DNA of 64,000 bases, taken from contig NC_042997.1 of assembly GCF_006345805.1 (NCBI RefSeq), forward strand, positions 76,260,001-76,324,000, given 5' to 3'. This stretch comes from Octopus sinensis. Its lineage: Eukaryota. Both the position numbers and the translations under genes were made by a program. Positions 36,061-49,214 of this stretch are shown piece by piece (position 1 is the stretch's first letter; each line of letters begins with the position of its first letter). The notes under the pieces are model-generated. The model was not told the origin of the DNA and did no database searches. It saw only the letters and a program-made list of their open reading frames with translations.

Positions 36061-37099
36061 AATCATTTAAATTTAAAATTAAAATTATTAATTTATATTT
36101 ATAATTTGTTTTAAAATATATGTAACTATCAAAATGTATTAAAAAGTTTAATATACATAAATACAGATATATACACTTTGTATATATACATTATATATAC
36201 AGATTTATATATAGAACACACACAGACACACACACACACATATATAAATTAACCCAATAAATATCTGATTCATAATATTTGTTCTCATGATTGTGTTGTG
36301 GTGGTGGCGATGATAATTCTATCTATAAATGCAGACAGACGTAGAGAGAGAGAGAGTGTGAAAGCGCTGTCGAAGGCGGGGAGGGGGGAGATATAGGACG
36401 CTGTGAAACGACGTTATAGACAGAAAGTGAAGGGAGTTAGACACTGTGAAACGACGTTATAGATAGAAAGTGAAAGGAAGGGAGGAAAGAGAGTGAGTGA
36501 TGGAGGAAGACAGATACATAAAAGAATGAGAGTAGACTTGTCAAACTGCGTTTTTGGCCTTAGCAACAACACCTTTTAAGATAGGGATTTCTAACCTAGC
36601 CCACTCGCATCCTCACCTCATTTTACATGTCCCTGTAAATTTTGGAATCAATCCGACGGGATCTAGTGGCCTTTAACCCGTTCTCAATGGCAAAACCAGA
36701 CAAACAAACAAACTTTTCGCATTTCAGAATTATAATATAGAGATAAGCCCGATTTCACCCGGTCTGTTTGAATGATGTGACTGTGATCGTTTTCGGTTAG
36801 GCATAATATATAACAGCATTTCTCAACCTTATCATTTCAGGTCCCCTTTTTCGATTGGAGCCTCCAGCTATATGAAAATTTCTCTGCCACCCCATCCCTG
36901 TCAAAAAACAGCTTCAGGAGTTGTGAAGAAAGAATTTGTACATAGTCTGTTTCTGAGAGCTATTGTATTGGACCTCTGTCTAATTATTAAAACATTTATT
37001 TAATTATGAACATAGAAAGAAATTATACATTAATCCCTATTTTTGTAAGCAATTGTATCCATAAAAATTTTCTTTGCAGATGGCAGAAATTGAAAGAAG

Positions 37100-37153
<54 letters not shown>

Positions 37154-37762
37154 GTGTGTGTTTTCGCGTGTGTATGTGAGAGGGAAAGAGGGTGAGAAAG
37201 AGAGATAGAGTGAGTGAAGTGAAAATATCTTCGTAGAACACAGCTTCAGTTGTGAAGAAAGAATTTGTACGTAGTCTATTTCTGAGAACTATTCTATTGG
37301 ACCTCTGTCTAATCACGTCTTTTAAGGTATACACACATACATAGAAAATGTGAGGTCATAGTAGAAAATTTTCATGATAGTTGATTTATGGAAAACATTA
37401 TGTGAAATCTGTGAATGAAAATGAAGTTCAGATGTCTACATGGTAGGTAGACCTGGTAGAAATTGCAGCCAAAAGTATAGCCAAAAGTATGGGAGAAGTC
37501 ATTGTTATACGCTTATAGAAAGAAGTAGACTCGTACCTTTTTTGAGAAGAAAAATTAAGTTAGAGTTATTGTATTAGACATCTGAGTAATGAGAGCAGAA
37601 ATTGAAACAAGTTATATGAAATGGACGTGTGTGTGTGTGTTTCTGGCTAATTTGGCGGATCTCTGGAGGGGTGGAAAGCGGATCTTTTGAAGTCATGAAG
37701 TGATTGTTCTCTTCCGTCCTTGTCAAGCTATGTCAGTGTGAAGGAGGAAGAGAGAGAGAGAG

Positions 37763-39993
37763 TATTTCTTTATTCACCATAAGGTTGAGAAAAAGAGGGG
37801 GCAGACAAAACAAACATTGGGGTCAGGGTATCGAATGAGATGAAACATATGAATAAACAAACAATCAAAATATATACAATTAAATGAGAATGAGTGATTT
37901 ACAAAAAATGAAGCGGAGGATGTGGTTGACCCCACAAACCACATACTCACAGTGAAGACTTTGATTTCTCCTTTTTATATTTTCGTTTAAACAGGTTCTT
38001 TCACTCGCAACATACTTGTTATAGACTTCCATCTTCTATGAAACACACTTTGCGACAGGCATTTCTTCTCCAGCTTTATTTTCCATTTCATGTGGAAAAC
38101 AAAAAAGTCAATTAGCTCGAGACTGGAGATGAACATGCCTGTTGTAATTCCTTTCACTCTCGTCTTCCATACTACTTCTTTTGCCCCAGCAACTACCAAA
38201 AGAATAAAAGCTCGTTCCCCCCTATTCAGGCTGGTCGGTGGAACGATCTTAATTACAGATTCGCTCGACAGTTGTACTCTTCTCGAATGCGACAGCAGGT
38301 GTTCGACATAAGCCCAGAGCTCAGTTACCTTGGGGCATTGCACAATCGCATCCAGGACAGTTTCACTGTTCCTCTCACATCTTGCACAAACCGGTGAAGG
38401 TGCACACCCATGTCTAAAGAGCTTATCTCAAACCGGTAAAGCTCCTCTGTAACATTGCCAGGCCAGGGACTTTTAGTAATTATCCATAGGCCCCGGACCG
38501 AATGTTCTTTGGAGCAGGCTGGCCAGCTGATTTTCGTCGAAGCCTAGGGTTTCTCCCAGGACGTCGTCACACTTAAACTCTACTAACCCTCTATAGAAGA
38601 ATGAGGTAGTACCCCCGTCACCGGTGCTGCCCGACTGGGAGTGAAGCATGAGTGCCTGATGGCACTCTACATGCCACACGCCCAACCTCGGTCTACACTT
38701 GATCCATGGATTCAGTTTGGTAAACAATATGAACTGTGGAAATAACAGCTTGACGAACGGAGACCACACCTGCTCACCGTCCAAGTAAAGCCAGAGGTGC
38801 CTAAGCCTGAGCGCATGTCTACGCATTTTTAGCCACGGCATCCCTAACCCACCCATCAGCGGCTTTTGGCAGCAAATAGAGCGCCTTACAAGAGGTCTGC
38901 TTCCCCTCCACAAAAAGCAAAAGAGCATGCGTTCCAGCTTGTTCAGCCACGAATCGGGGCAAGGCACGACGGTCAGGCGGCAAGTGATTACAGAGGCGAT
39001 AAACACCTCTGCAACCTCCGCCCTCCCTTTCAAGGATAGCTTCCGCTCACTCAGACCAGGTCTGAGTTAGCAGAGCCACCTTTCTTGCCACCTCGCTCCA
39101 ATTCTTCTCTATCTGGAGATCTGGACCTAACCAGATTCCAAGCATTTTCACCAGCCCTTCCGTCCAACGTCCTACAACGCTGTCTGAAGACATCGACTTG
39201 CCCCTCCAGGTGCCGAGTTGCAAGCCGACCAATTTATCCCGGTTGACTTTCGCTCCTGTCACCGCTTCGTAATCACTTAAGGCCTCACCCACACACTGTA
39301 GGTGCTCGACTCGGGATACGATGATGGTGATGTCGTCCGCATACGCCGAAGCTGACCCTCCGCACCTTATAACTTGCGGAGTGTCCCTCATAGTTTCCAA
39401 CCTCCCCAGCAACGGCTCAAGGGCCAAAATGTAGAGAAGCGGAGAGAGAGAATACCCTTGAGGTACCGAACGTTCAATGTGGAACGGCTCTGAAAAGAAA
39501 CTGTTCACCCGAACTACCGATTCGATGTTGCTGTATAAAGCGTTGATCCATCCGAGGAAGGTCAGGCCGAAGCCAGCCGCCACGAGGAACGCCGCCAGAT
39601 AATGATGGACCACCCTATCGAATGCTTTCGATTGGTCCAAGTCTGTCATAGCCCCACCCTTGCCAGAAATCCTATTTACCCTTTCTAAAGCATAGCGTAG
39701 AAAGTGTGGATGGTCCTTCCAGGGATGGCGCAAGTTTGCGCCTTCCCAACAAGTTCACCCACAACCTGCGCCAACCTTTTTGCTAAGACCTTGGCCAAAA
39801 TCTTCAACTCTGCGTTAAGCAGAGTGATGGGCCGAAAATTATCAATTAAATCCCCCTTGTTTGGGTCCTTTCTTAACAGTGCTACCACCCCTCAGCTCAC
39901 AGACTTAGGAATTCTCCCGTTCTGCTGCCAGTTGGTGTACACACATGCAAGTAGGTGCACAAACAAGTCTGGCATGCTACTATAGAGTTTGCA

Positions 39994-39994
<1 letters not shown>
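37763..39994 (-). mobile_element. 5'-truncated Tx1-group LINE flanked by (GA)n
   Basis: Same subfamily as 21625-27361; DQSKAFDRV, YADD; 3' end GGTGAATAAAGAAATA; (GA)n on both sides. Confidence 0.9.
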
Positions 39995-40034
<40 letters not shown>

Positions 40035-40681
40035 CGTGTGTGTGTGTGCTTGATGGGGTGAGCGATATGGGCGAGAGAGTTAACTGAAATTTTGTTATTC
40101 ACTTGTTACAGTGAGAGAAAATGTGAGTGAGTAACAGAGAAAAGGAGAGAGGGGTTATGTATGTTGGCGGGGTGATTCCATTCGAAAAGTTTGCCAGAGA
40201 GAGAGAGAGAGAGGCTGGGTTAGAAAGAGCGAATACGGAGAGGAAAAGAGAGTGAGTAGAAGCTGTGAAAAGCCGTTATAGAGATAAATAGGAGGGAAGG
40301 GGGAAGGTGAGAGATGGAAGAAGAAAGAGTGATAACCATTAGAGAGGAACAACAAACACTTGTCAATTTTCACTTTCTTTGCTATAGCAACCACATCTTT
40401 ATAGCTTGCGAATTTTAACCATTGCAGGTCGGATCCTCAGCACGCATTTAGTATCCCTGCCCATTTTCAGCTCGATCCTAGCACATCTAGTGCCATTGAA
40501 CCTTTACCAAAGCCAAAGTGTCAAGTTTTTTCCTCTTGCTATAGTTTGAATGAATGAATGAATGTCTAAAGTTAAATTTGGTTTGGCGTTTCTTTTTTGT
40601 TTGCCTTTTTTTAACAGCTAAAATTTTTTTAGATGTTCAGTTAGAATTTCACCAATATGGATTACTTTGATAATGTTATAA

Positions 40682-41054
40682 TGGTTGTATACTGTCAACT
40701 CAACGTGACAGTCCCATAAGGGAATTACACCACCACCATTTAGCCCTAGGAAACATCGCCGTTTCCTGTCGGCTTTGACACATTTTCTGTGTCCTTATAT
40801 TTGCAAATGGGAGGCAATTACACCCGCCAGCTGGGACTAGCACCTGAAGACATATGTTTCTGAGTGTATTGCTTGTCATCAGTCCAGGGTAGTCAGTCTC
40901 ACTCGCTGAGATGACTGCAACCTCTCTGCAAATATATCCTATTTTCAGTAAAATTTATTTACTGATCACCAAATTAGAAATATTGAATTTCTAAATGTTT
41001 CAGAGAGACATGAGCGGTGGTGGAGCGATATAGTGGTTGTATACTGTCAACTCA
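40682..41054 (-). mobile_element. Small non-coding hammerhead-containing element (retrozyme-like) bounded by 21-bp direct repeats
   Basis: TGGTTGTATACTGTCAACTCA at 40682-40702 and 41034-41054; several internal hairpins; hammerhead core. Confidence 0.55.
40843..40888 (-). ncRNA. Type I hammerhead ribozyme, stem II degenerate
   Basis: Minus strand CCTGGA-CTGATGA-caagcaatacactca-GAAAC-ATAT-GTC-TTCAGG. Confidence 0.65.
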
Positions 41055-42112
41055 GATGCTAGTATTCACTTGAAAACATACACATCCTCACTTGCACCAT
41101 TCGCCAAGTGTATATGTATATACATACAAACCCACACAAACACGCACACCACAAAGGTTCCTACACAGGTCAATATACGCACAAGCACAAAAAAAATAGG
41201 GCTAAGGGTAACAATACAGAAAAAAAGGTATAAGGGAGTATACAGAGAGTAAACATCTATATACGCACATACCCTTATGCACGCACACACACACACACCT
41301 ATATATGCACATACCCGCACACGTCTATATATGCACACACACACGCACACACAAAAAAGGATCATACATACGTCTATATGTGCACATACACAAGAAAAAA
41401 CAGGGCTAATGGCAAAAATACAGGAAAATGTGTAAAAACACTGAGTAAATTACGTCTATATATGCATGTACTTGCATGCATGCACACACGCATACATCCA
41501 CATGCACACACAAAAGATTCCATATACACATCTATATACACACAGGGAAAAATGGAGGGTGGAAGGTAGAATACAGAAAAATTATGTGTAAAAAATATAT
41601 AAACAATAAACCTATAAACCAATATCTCTATAAATATGTAAGAAATATATGTATAAAAAATATAAATAAAAATATATAAGAAATATAAGTAAAAGGTATA
41701 AAGAGATAAAAAGTTTGTGCGTGGACACAATATAGAAAGCAAGTTCTATCTGTTGTCTTGGGGGGACCAAAAACATAACAAATATTTGGCCACATGTAGG
41801 CATGATCCGAGGCGGTGTGGATTTCCCCCTCGGCATCTGAAACTTGGAGTTTTATCATGGCTACCGAATAACTGTCACATATTACTTTTACAGATAAATT
41901 CCTTAATTTACATAATATTGAGGTCTCTTTCTTTCTTTTGTTGTCTTACCATTTTTATCAATATATATATATATATATATGATTGCGAAGACCCAACAAA
42001 TGAAGTGAGTTCATGGCTCGCAGGATCGTCTGCTGTGCTAACTTGGATCGTAGAATGACTAGCTGTGTTTGAGGAGACCTATTAAAAATCAAATGGAAAA
42101 TGTAGTTAGGAT

Positions 42113-42432
42113 ACCCGTGCCGGTGGCACGTAAAAAGCACCATCCAAACGTGGCTGATGCCAGCGTCGCCTGACCGGCGTCAGTGTCGGTGACACGTAAA
42201 AAGCACCAACCGATCGTGGCCATTTGCCAGCCTCCTCTGGCCTCTGCCGGTGGCATGTAAAAAGCACCCACTACACTCACAGAGTGGTTGGCGTTAGGAA
42301 GGGCATCCAGCTGTAGAAACACTGCCAGATCAGACTGGAGCCTGGTGCAGATTCCTGGCTTCCCAGACCCCGGTCAAACTGTCCAACCCATGCTAGCATA
42401 GAAAACGGACGTTAAACGATGATGATGATGAT
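42113..42432 (+). mobile_element. RTE 3'UTR-only copy or SINE
   Basis: Homologous to 34585-34905; (GAT)n tail. Confidence 0.75.
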
Positions 42433-42529
42433 ACGTATGCATATGTTAATGCAACTGAAACAATTGTTGGATTTTTAAGGTGTGATCTAAAATAAATATA
42501 TGAATTTCTTCATAAATATTACTGAGTGT

Positions 42530-42578
<49 letters not shown>

Positions 42579-42889
42579 ATGTATTATTATACTAGAACTT
42601 AAAGTTTGTCTGTTTTCCTGCAATTTGATTAAGATGATAAAGATTACAAATAAAATAGTCATTTACCCCTTAAAAAAAAAATCAAGTTGTAAATGTTGAC
42701 ATTTCAAAGAGTCATGTCAGCTACTGCCATCTGTTCTTTTTTCTTCCCTTAATTATTTATACAACTGGGCTGTGGACTTGAAAGATAGAAATTCTCCCTA
42801 TATTTTTATGAGATATTTTGGAATCATGGGTGCTGCTTTTCTTTCTTAAAGGGGAAAATTACTATTTTATTTAAAATGAAATATTAATC

Positions 42890-43590
42890 TTTATCATCTT
42901 AATCAAAAGGTAGAAAAACAGGCAGAGAGACAATTCTTTACAGATGAAGATCAGTTGCAATGGGAGGAGTTGATTCTCATGAGAATGGAGATGCAAACAG
43001 CAAATGGGTTGTACCTTATAATGATACTTTTAAGAACATTCAAATCCCACTGCAATGTTGAAATCATTGCTTCACTGAAGTCAATTAAGTACATCATTAA
43101 GTACATGCTGAAAAGAAAAGTCCAAGCTGCTGTTCAAAAATTGAGATATTGACTAACAAAATTAGTCAATATCTCATGGGTGAGTATACTGGACCACCTG
43201 GAGCAGTTGCATCCATTTTAGGATTCTTGATTCCTGAAAGAGCACCTGCAAGCTCATCAACCAGAGGAACAAATAATATGGCTCAGAAATAATCAGGATA
43301 TATATATAGCTGCCAATGAATGACATGAGAACAACATTGACAGAATTTTTATCATTGTGCAACAATGATAACTTTGCAAAAACATTACTTTATGCTGAAG
43401 TACCCATGTATTTCATTTGGAATAGTAGTAAAAAAGAATGGCAAAGAAGAACAAGAGGAAAAAAGTTGGAGGCCATTTGAACGTATTCAAAGAAGAAACA
43501 CTTGGTTGTATTTATGTTGTCATATCAAAGGCAGGAGAACTGTTTAATTTAAAAAATTTTTGCATGAAGTTTGAAATAGAATTTTTCTCT
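42890..43590 (+). mobile_element. Helitron Rep/Helicase internal fragment, decayed
   Basis: FKSHCNVEIIASLKSIKYIIKY and ISQYLMGEYTGPPGAV...PERAP match Helitron Rep motifs. Confidence 0.75.
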
Positions 43591-43665
43591 TTCCCACTGT
43601 GCAGTGACATTTCCAACTTGGAGTGGTTGTGACCCAACAGGTCACAGTGAGTACATCTGGTATAT

Positions 43666-44665
43666 CATTATCATCGTTTAATGTCTGCTTTCCATGCTAG
43701 CATGGAGTAGACGGTTTGACTGAGGACTGGTGAGCCAGAGGCTGCACCAGGCTCAATCTGATCTGGCAAAGTTTCTACAGCTGGATGCCTTTTCTAATGC
43801 CAACCATACTGAGTGTGTAGTGGGTGCTTTTTATGTGCCACTGGCATGAAGGCCAATCAAGCAGTTCTGGCAATGACCATGCTCAAAAGGTGTTTTTACG
43901 TGCTATCTGCACAGGAGCCAGTCCAGTGGCACTGGCAATGACCACACTCAAATGTAGTTTTTCACGTGTCACCGGCACACATGTCTGTAAGGTGATGCTG
44001 GCAATGATCATGCTTGAATGGTGCTTTCACATGTCACTGGCATGGGAGCCAATCCGTAGCCCTGGCAATGATCACGCTCACACATGCTTCTTTTAGCATT
44101 CCACTGGCACGAGTGCCAATCAGGCAGTAAAGTCGTCGGCCATGTTAGCAATTTTGATTTTGATTTCACTTGCCTCAATAGGTCTTCACAAGCAAGGTTT
44201 ATGGGCTGCTTACACCCGCTGGCATAGGCCATGGGCTATGGTCTCACTTGGCTTGTTGGGTCTTCTCAATCACAGCATGTCTCTAAAGGTCCAGGTCACT
44301 AGTCATTGCTTTGGTAAGGCCCAATGTTCGAAGGTTGTACTTCACCACCTCATCCCAAGTTTTCCTGGGTCTGCCTCTGCCACAGGCTTCTTCAACTGCT
44401 AGGGTGTGATACTTTTCCACAGAGCTGTCCTCATTCATTTGCAACACATGACCATACCACTGCAGTCGTCTCTCATGCACACCACATCTGATGCTTCTTA
44501 AATCCAACTTTTCTCTCAGGGTGCTTACACTCTGTTGTGTATGCACACTGACATTACTCATCCAGACGAGCAGACTGGCTTCATTCCTTGCAAGTCACAG
44601 CCTATGCTTCACTGCCATGTAGCATGGCTGTTCGCACACATGCGTCATACAGTCTACCTTTTACA
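43666..44665 (-). mobile_element. Short 5'-truncated copy of the 22605 RTE family
   Basis: GRGRPRKTW C-terminus plus repeat-containing 3'UTR. Confidence 0.85.
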
Positions 44666-44667
44666 TC

Positions 44668-45700
44668 ATCTCAAAAATACAAATATACCCTATACTCTAT
44701 CTTGGTCCATACTGGACTCAAGACTTCCCTGCTGAGGTCAACGCTCAATCTGCAAATTTTGCCCGAAGGAGGCACTTCACATATTAAAGTACAACTCTCC
44801 AACACTGCTAAATAAACATAATGAGGTACTAAGCAAATGCAAACACCGCTTTTATCAAACATTCAAATAGCATGGAAAGCGGACGCTTTTATCACACATT
44901 CAAATAGCATGGAAAGCGGACGATGATGATGATGATGATGACTAAGTACTGAACTGCTAAACTATATAAATTCTTTAATTCTTTATTCATACTACTAACT
45001 CTCTGCCCCTACACTTAGACTCTACCACTACACAAATGTCACTCCTTTACCTGTACCACCCCCCTATTCCTTCTATCTTTTTATACTATAATACCTTTCT
45101 CTTTCTTTCACCCTTCATCTCTCCACTCCTACTTTCAGATTATCTCCACTGACCACTAACTTATCTATATCTTAATTTTTCTTTCATTTCTTTCTTTCCT
45201 TTATTCCTCTATTCAGGTTTATTTTTATTTTTTTATTATTTTATAACTTTTCTTCTTCTCTCTTTTCCCTTTTTTCTCTTTCTTTATTCCTCTCTTCCTG
45301 TTTTTGATTTGACCCTACTAATACACTCCCTATTTTTAGGTCACTTTAAATAAAAACCTTTGACTACAACTCTGTGTATAAATTCTGTACTTGGAATGAC
45401 CAATTTTAAATACTGTTGGATCTTACATATATACCATTCTGCCTAAAAAATGGATCTACAAATTCATTATCCCTACATATTTCACATCTATTTTCTTTCC
45501 TCCACCTCACTCTCTATTTTGTATCCTATCTAAATTAATTATTACTTAACCATCCTCTCACACCGTCTCTGATGAAGGGATATAATTAATAAATATCCTG
45601 GAAACAGCTGTAAGACCTATCTATAAATGTTCTAATATCTACACAGCCTTAGTTTTTTATCTTATTACACAAAAAATTCTTATATACACACACTGACATA
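44668..45700 (+). mobile_element. Penelope-like element 3' remnant
   Basis: NIPYTLSWSIL...CKFCPKEALHIL...LLNKHNEVLSKCKHR, then AT-rich pLTR-like sequence with a hammerhead. Confidence 0.75.
45565..45616 (+). ncRNA. Type I hammerhead ribozyme (minimal, palindromic loop III)
   Basis: GTCT-CTGATGA-AGGGATAT...ATATCCTG-GAAAC-AGCT-GTA-AGAC; A.G mismatch at the base of stem II. Confidence 0.8.
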
Positions 45701-45844
45701 TGACCAACGTTGAACCCCTTATTCGCAAAATCACCAAACATGGAACTTAACTATGGTCTGTCTATAGCACTTATTCAGCATTACCTGACACCTTTGGGTC
45801 TCAATGACACCATTACCTCTTATAACCTCAATATATATATATGG

Positions 45845-46142
45845 TACGTAAAAAGCACCATCCGTTCGTGGCCGTTGCCAGCCTCGCCTGGCCCCCGTGC
45901 TGGTGGCACATAAAAAGCACCATCCAATCGTGGCCATTTGCCAGACTCATCTGGCACCTGTGCCAGTGGCACGTAAAAAGCACCCACTACACTCATGGAG
46001 TGGTTGGCGTTAGGAAGGGCATCCAGCCGTAGAAACATTGCCAGATCAAACTGGGCCTGGTGCAGCCTTCTGGCTTCCCAGACCCCAGTTGAACTGTCCA
46101 ACCCATGCTAGCATGGAAAGCGGATGCTAAACGATGATGATG
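45845..46142 (+). mobile_element. RTE 3'UTR-only copy or SINE
   Basis: Homologous to the 22605 tail. Confidence 0.75.
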
Positions 46143-46289
46143 AAATATATATATATATATATATACACACATACATATATGCATATGTATGTATACATAT
46201 ATGCATATGTATGTATACATACTTACACACACACATACATACATAAAATATATCCTGGCTTGGCTTCAGTGATGAAGATTAGGAAAGCT

Positions 46290-48890
46290 GTTGTCCACGT
46301 TGTCTGCACACTTGTTCATAGCTGATAAGACCGATGTGGGATCAACATATCTGATTGCAGTGATGAAAGGGGTATGGTTGTTCAGGGTCTGATGATGCAG
46401 CTGCATTGTTTTTTCCCCTCTGACATTTGTCTTCAAGAGAGGCACTGAAAGAGATCTCAAAGGAGGAAGCAACATCCCGGATGGTATGGTGCCAAGCAAC
46501 GCATTCAGCTGTTAGAGAGGACCACTCATGATAATCAATGTCACAAGCACTAAAGGACTGCTTCAAGCAGTCCTTGTAATGCTTCCTTGGTACCCCACTA
46601 TTGCGGTAGCCAGTGGTGAACTCATCATATGTGATAATCTTGGGTAGGTGGTAGTCTTTCATCCTGTCAATGTGCCCTGCCCAATACAGTTGTGTCTTAA
46701 GCAAAATGGCTTCCAGGCTGGTGACCATTGCTTGTTCAGTGACCTCATTGATGGTGATGAAGACGCTCCAGGAAATGTTGAGGCAGCGTTGGTGAAAATA
46801 TTTGAGGAGTCTGAGATGATAGCAGTAGGAGACCCAGGACTCTGAGCCATATAGGAGCATCGTGAGAACGATGGCCCTGTAGATGCTGACTTTTGTGCTG
46901 ATCTTAAGATGCTTGTTGTTCCACATACGCTTGTACATTTTGCCTAATGCTTTGTTTGCCTTTGCAAGTCTGTTGTCAACTTCTTTGTTGATACTGTCAT
47001 CTGATGACATGGTACATCCAAGATAAGTGAACTGCTGTACCAACTTCAGTTCTGTTTCAGTAATGATGATATAGGGTCGGCTATACGCTTCCTGAGGAAC
47101 TGCTTGGTGTAGGACTTCAATCTTTTTCAGGCTTACTCCCAGCCTGAAGAGCTGGGTATCCTCTGCAAAGCAAGATGTGATGTGCTGCAGGACTCATTCT
47201 GTGTGTGCACCAAGTGCAGCATCATCTGCAAAGAGGAGGTCCTGGAGCAGTTGCTCTTGGGTCTTGGTGTGGGCCTGTAGTTGCTGCAGGTTGAAAAGAC
47301 TGCCAGCCAGACGGTACCTGATTTAAATGCCATCTTCAGTGTCGAGGTCTGCTGTAGCCTGCTTGGGCACCATGCTGAAGAAGATGCTGAAGAGAGTTGG
47401 TACCAGGACACAGCCCTACTTCATGCTGTTGTTGATAGGGAATGATTCTGATAATGTTATTATTCAGGTGGACTTGTCCTTATTGGCCCTTGTGAAGCTG
47501 GACAATCATGGTTAGGAACTTTTGGGGACAGCCAAGTTGGTTTAGGATCTGCCACAGACCTTTTCTGCTCACAATGTTGAACGCTTTTGTCAGCTCAACA
47601 AATTTTATATAGAGTGCTTTGTTTTGTTCCTGGCACTTTTCTTGGAGCTACCTGAGAATGAAATCCATATCTGTTGTTTCTGAAACCACATCAGCTTTCT
47701 GGGAGATGATTTTCAGCAATGGAAAGATCAAGTCTGTCGAGGAGTAATCTTGCTAGAACTTTTCCTGCAGTGAAAAGCAGGGTTATCCCCCAGTAGTTTG
47801 ACTTTTCCCCTTCATCTTTGTACAGTGTAATGATGACAGCATCATGGAATTCTCATGGCAGCTAGCCGTGTTCTCAGCATGCAATGAGAAGCTCACAGAG
47901 TTTAGCAAGTAGGACAGAACCCCCATGCTTCCATATCTCTGGTGGTATGCCATTGACTCCTGAAGCCTTTCTACTCTTCAGTCAGCCTATGGCAACTGTG
48001 GTCTCTTCCAGGGTTGGAGGCTCATCTATCCTCCACATCCAGCAGCAGCCAGTTCCATTCTGACTGGCTGCTGCTGGATGTGGAGGATTGCATTTTCCTG
48101 GACAACTCATTTTAAACTGAAGAGGGTCTGACAGTATTCAGACCAGCAGTTGAGTATGGACGCTGTGTTTGTGAGAAACACGTGGCCATCTGAGCTGTGC
48201 AAGGAACTTCGGATTTGATGCATTGGGCAGTAAACTGCCTTGAGAGCTGTGTAGAACCCTCTGTAGTCGCCAGTGTCAGTGCACAGCTGGGTTCTCTGAG
48301 TGAGGTTAGTCCACCACTCATTCTGAACTTCATGGAGTTTGTGCTGCAGAAAGCTGCAGGCTTGGCAAAAGGCCACTTTCTTCTCTGAGTAGGATGGTTG
48401 TACCAGGAGTGTTTGGTGGCAGACCTCTTCTTCTTTAGTAATTCCTGAATCAGTACATCATTTTTGTCAAACCAATTCTTGTTCTTTTTCTTTGTAAACC
48501 CAAGGAGAGGTCTATACAATGATGGTTTTCAGTTGTTCCCATAGTATTTCTGTAGTGGGATCTGAAAGGCAATTGGATTGATCAAGCTTTGCCTGGATGT
48601 TTACTTTCACTTTTGTTTAGCTGCAGACCACTAGTTATGATTTTCTTATTGATCGATCCTCTTTTTTTTGGTTTGGGCCTGAAGTGGAGTTTGAGTTTGC
48701 AATGGACAAAGTGATGGTCAGTATGGCATTCTGCACTAGGCATCACTCTGGTGTGCATGACATCAGACTGGTCTCATTGGTGCACTAGAATGTAGTCAAG
48801 GAGGTGCCAGTGTTTTGATTGGGGATGCATTCAGACTGTCTCTTTGCTGGAAGATGGTATTAAGAGATTAACACCCTGTATTTTGTCTCA
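46290..48890 (-). mobile_element. Decayed RTE (BovB-like) LINE
   Basis: LLFADDAAL, FTYLGC, MLLYGSESW, KNWFDKND, APE remnant HLLDYILV. Confidence 0.85.
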
Positions 48891-49214
48891 AAGTCAAAAA
48901 CGCAGTAAAAACTCCTCATTGTACCCCACCATCCCCTATTCTGAGAAGCATTATGGGGGCTGTTCTTTCTCCTCTCAGCCATAAAAATGCCTCTCGCCAC
49001 TTCAGTTCTGTCTAAACTGTAATGTTCAATTATGTTATTTGTGTAAAGAATAACGATTCCAGTTTCCCAAATTTTCTGTTTTAAGCCAGCGTAAATGACC
49101 CTTTTAACATTTCCAAACTCATTAAAAACAAATATTACAATAGATTCAATATATTATATCATCTTCTACAAAAACGTTCGGTTGTCAGCCTGGTTTATTA
49201 TTCTTATTACAGAT

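Larger units (their letters stand above)
34527..36744 (+). mobile_element. Possible non-autonomous Helitron/HINE-like element with nested repeats
   Basis: Starts ACTAGC plus ACCCGC/GCGGGT hairpin; ends (CAAA)n...TATAATATAGAGAT; related sequence at 40140-40550. Confidence 0.35.
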
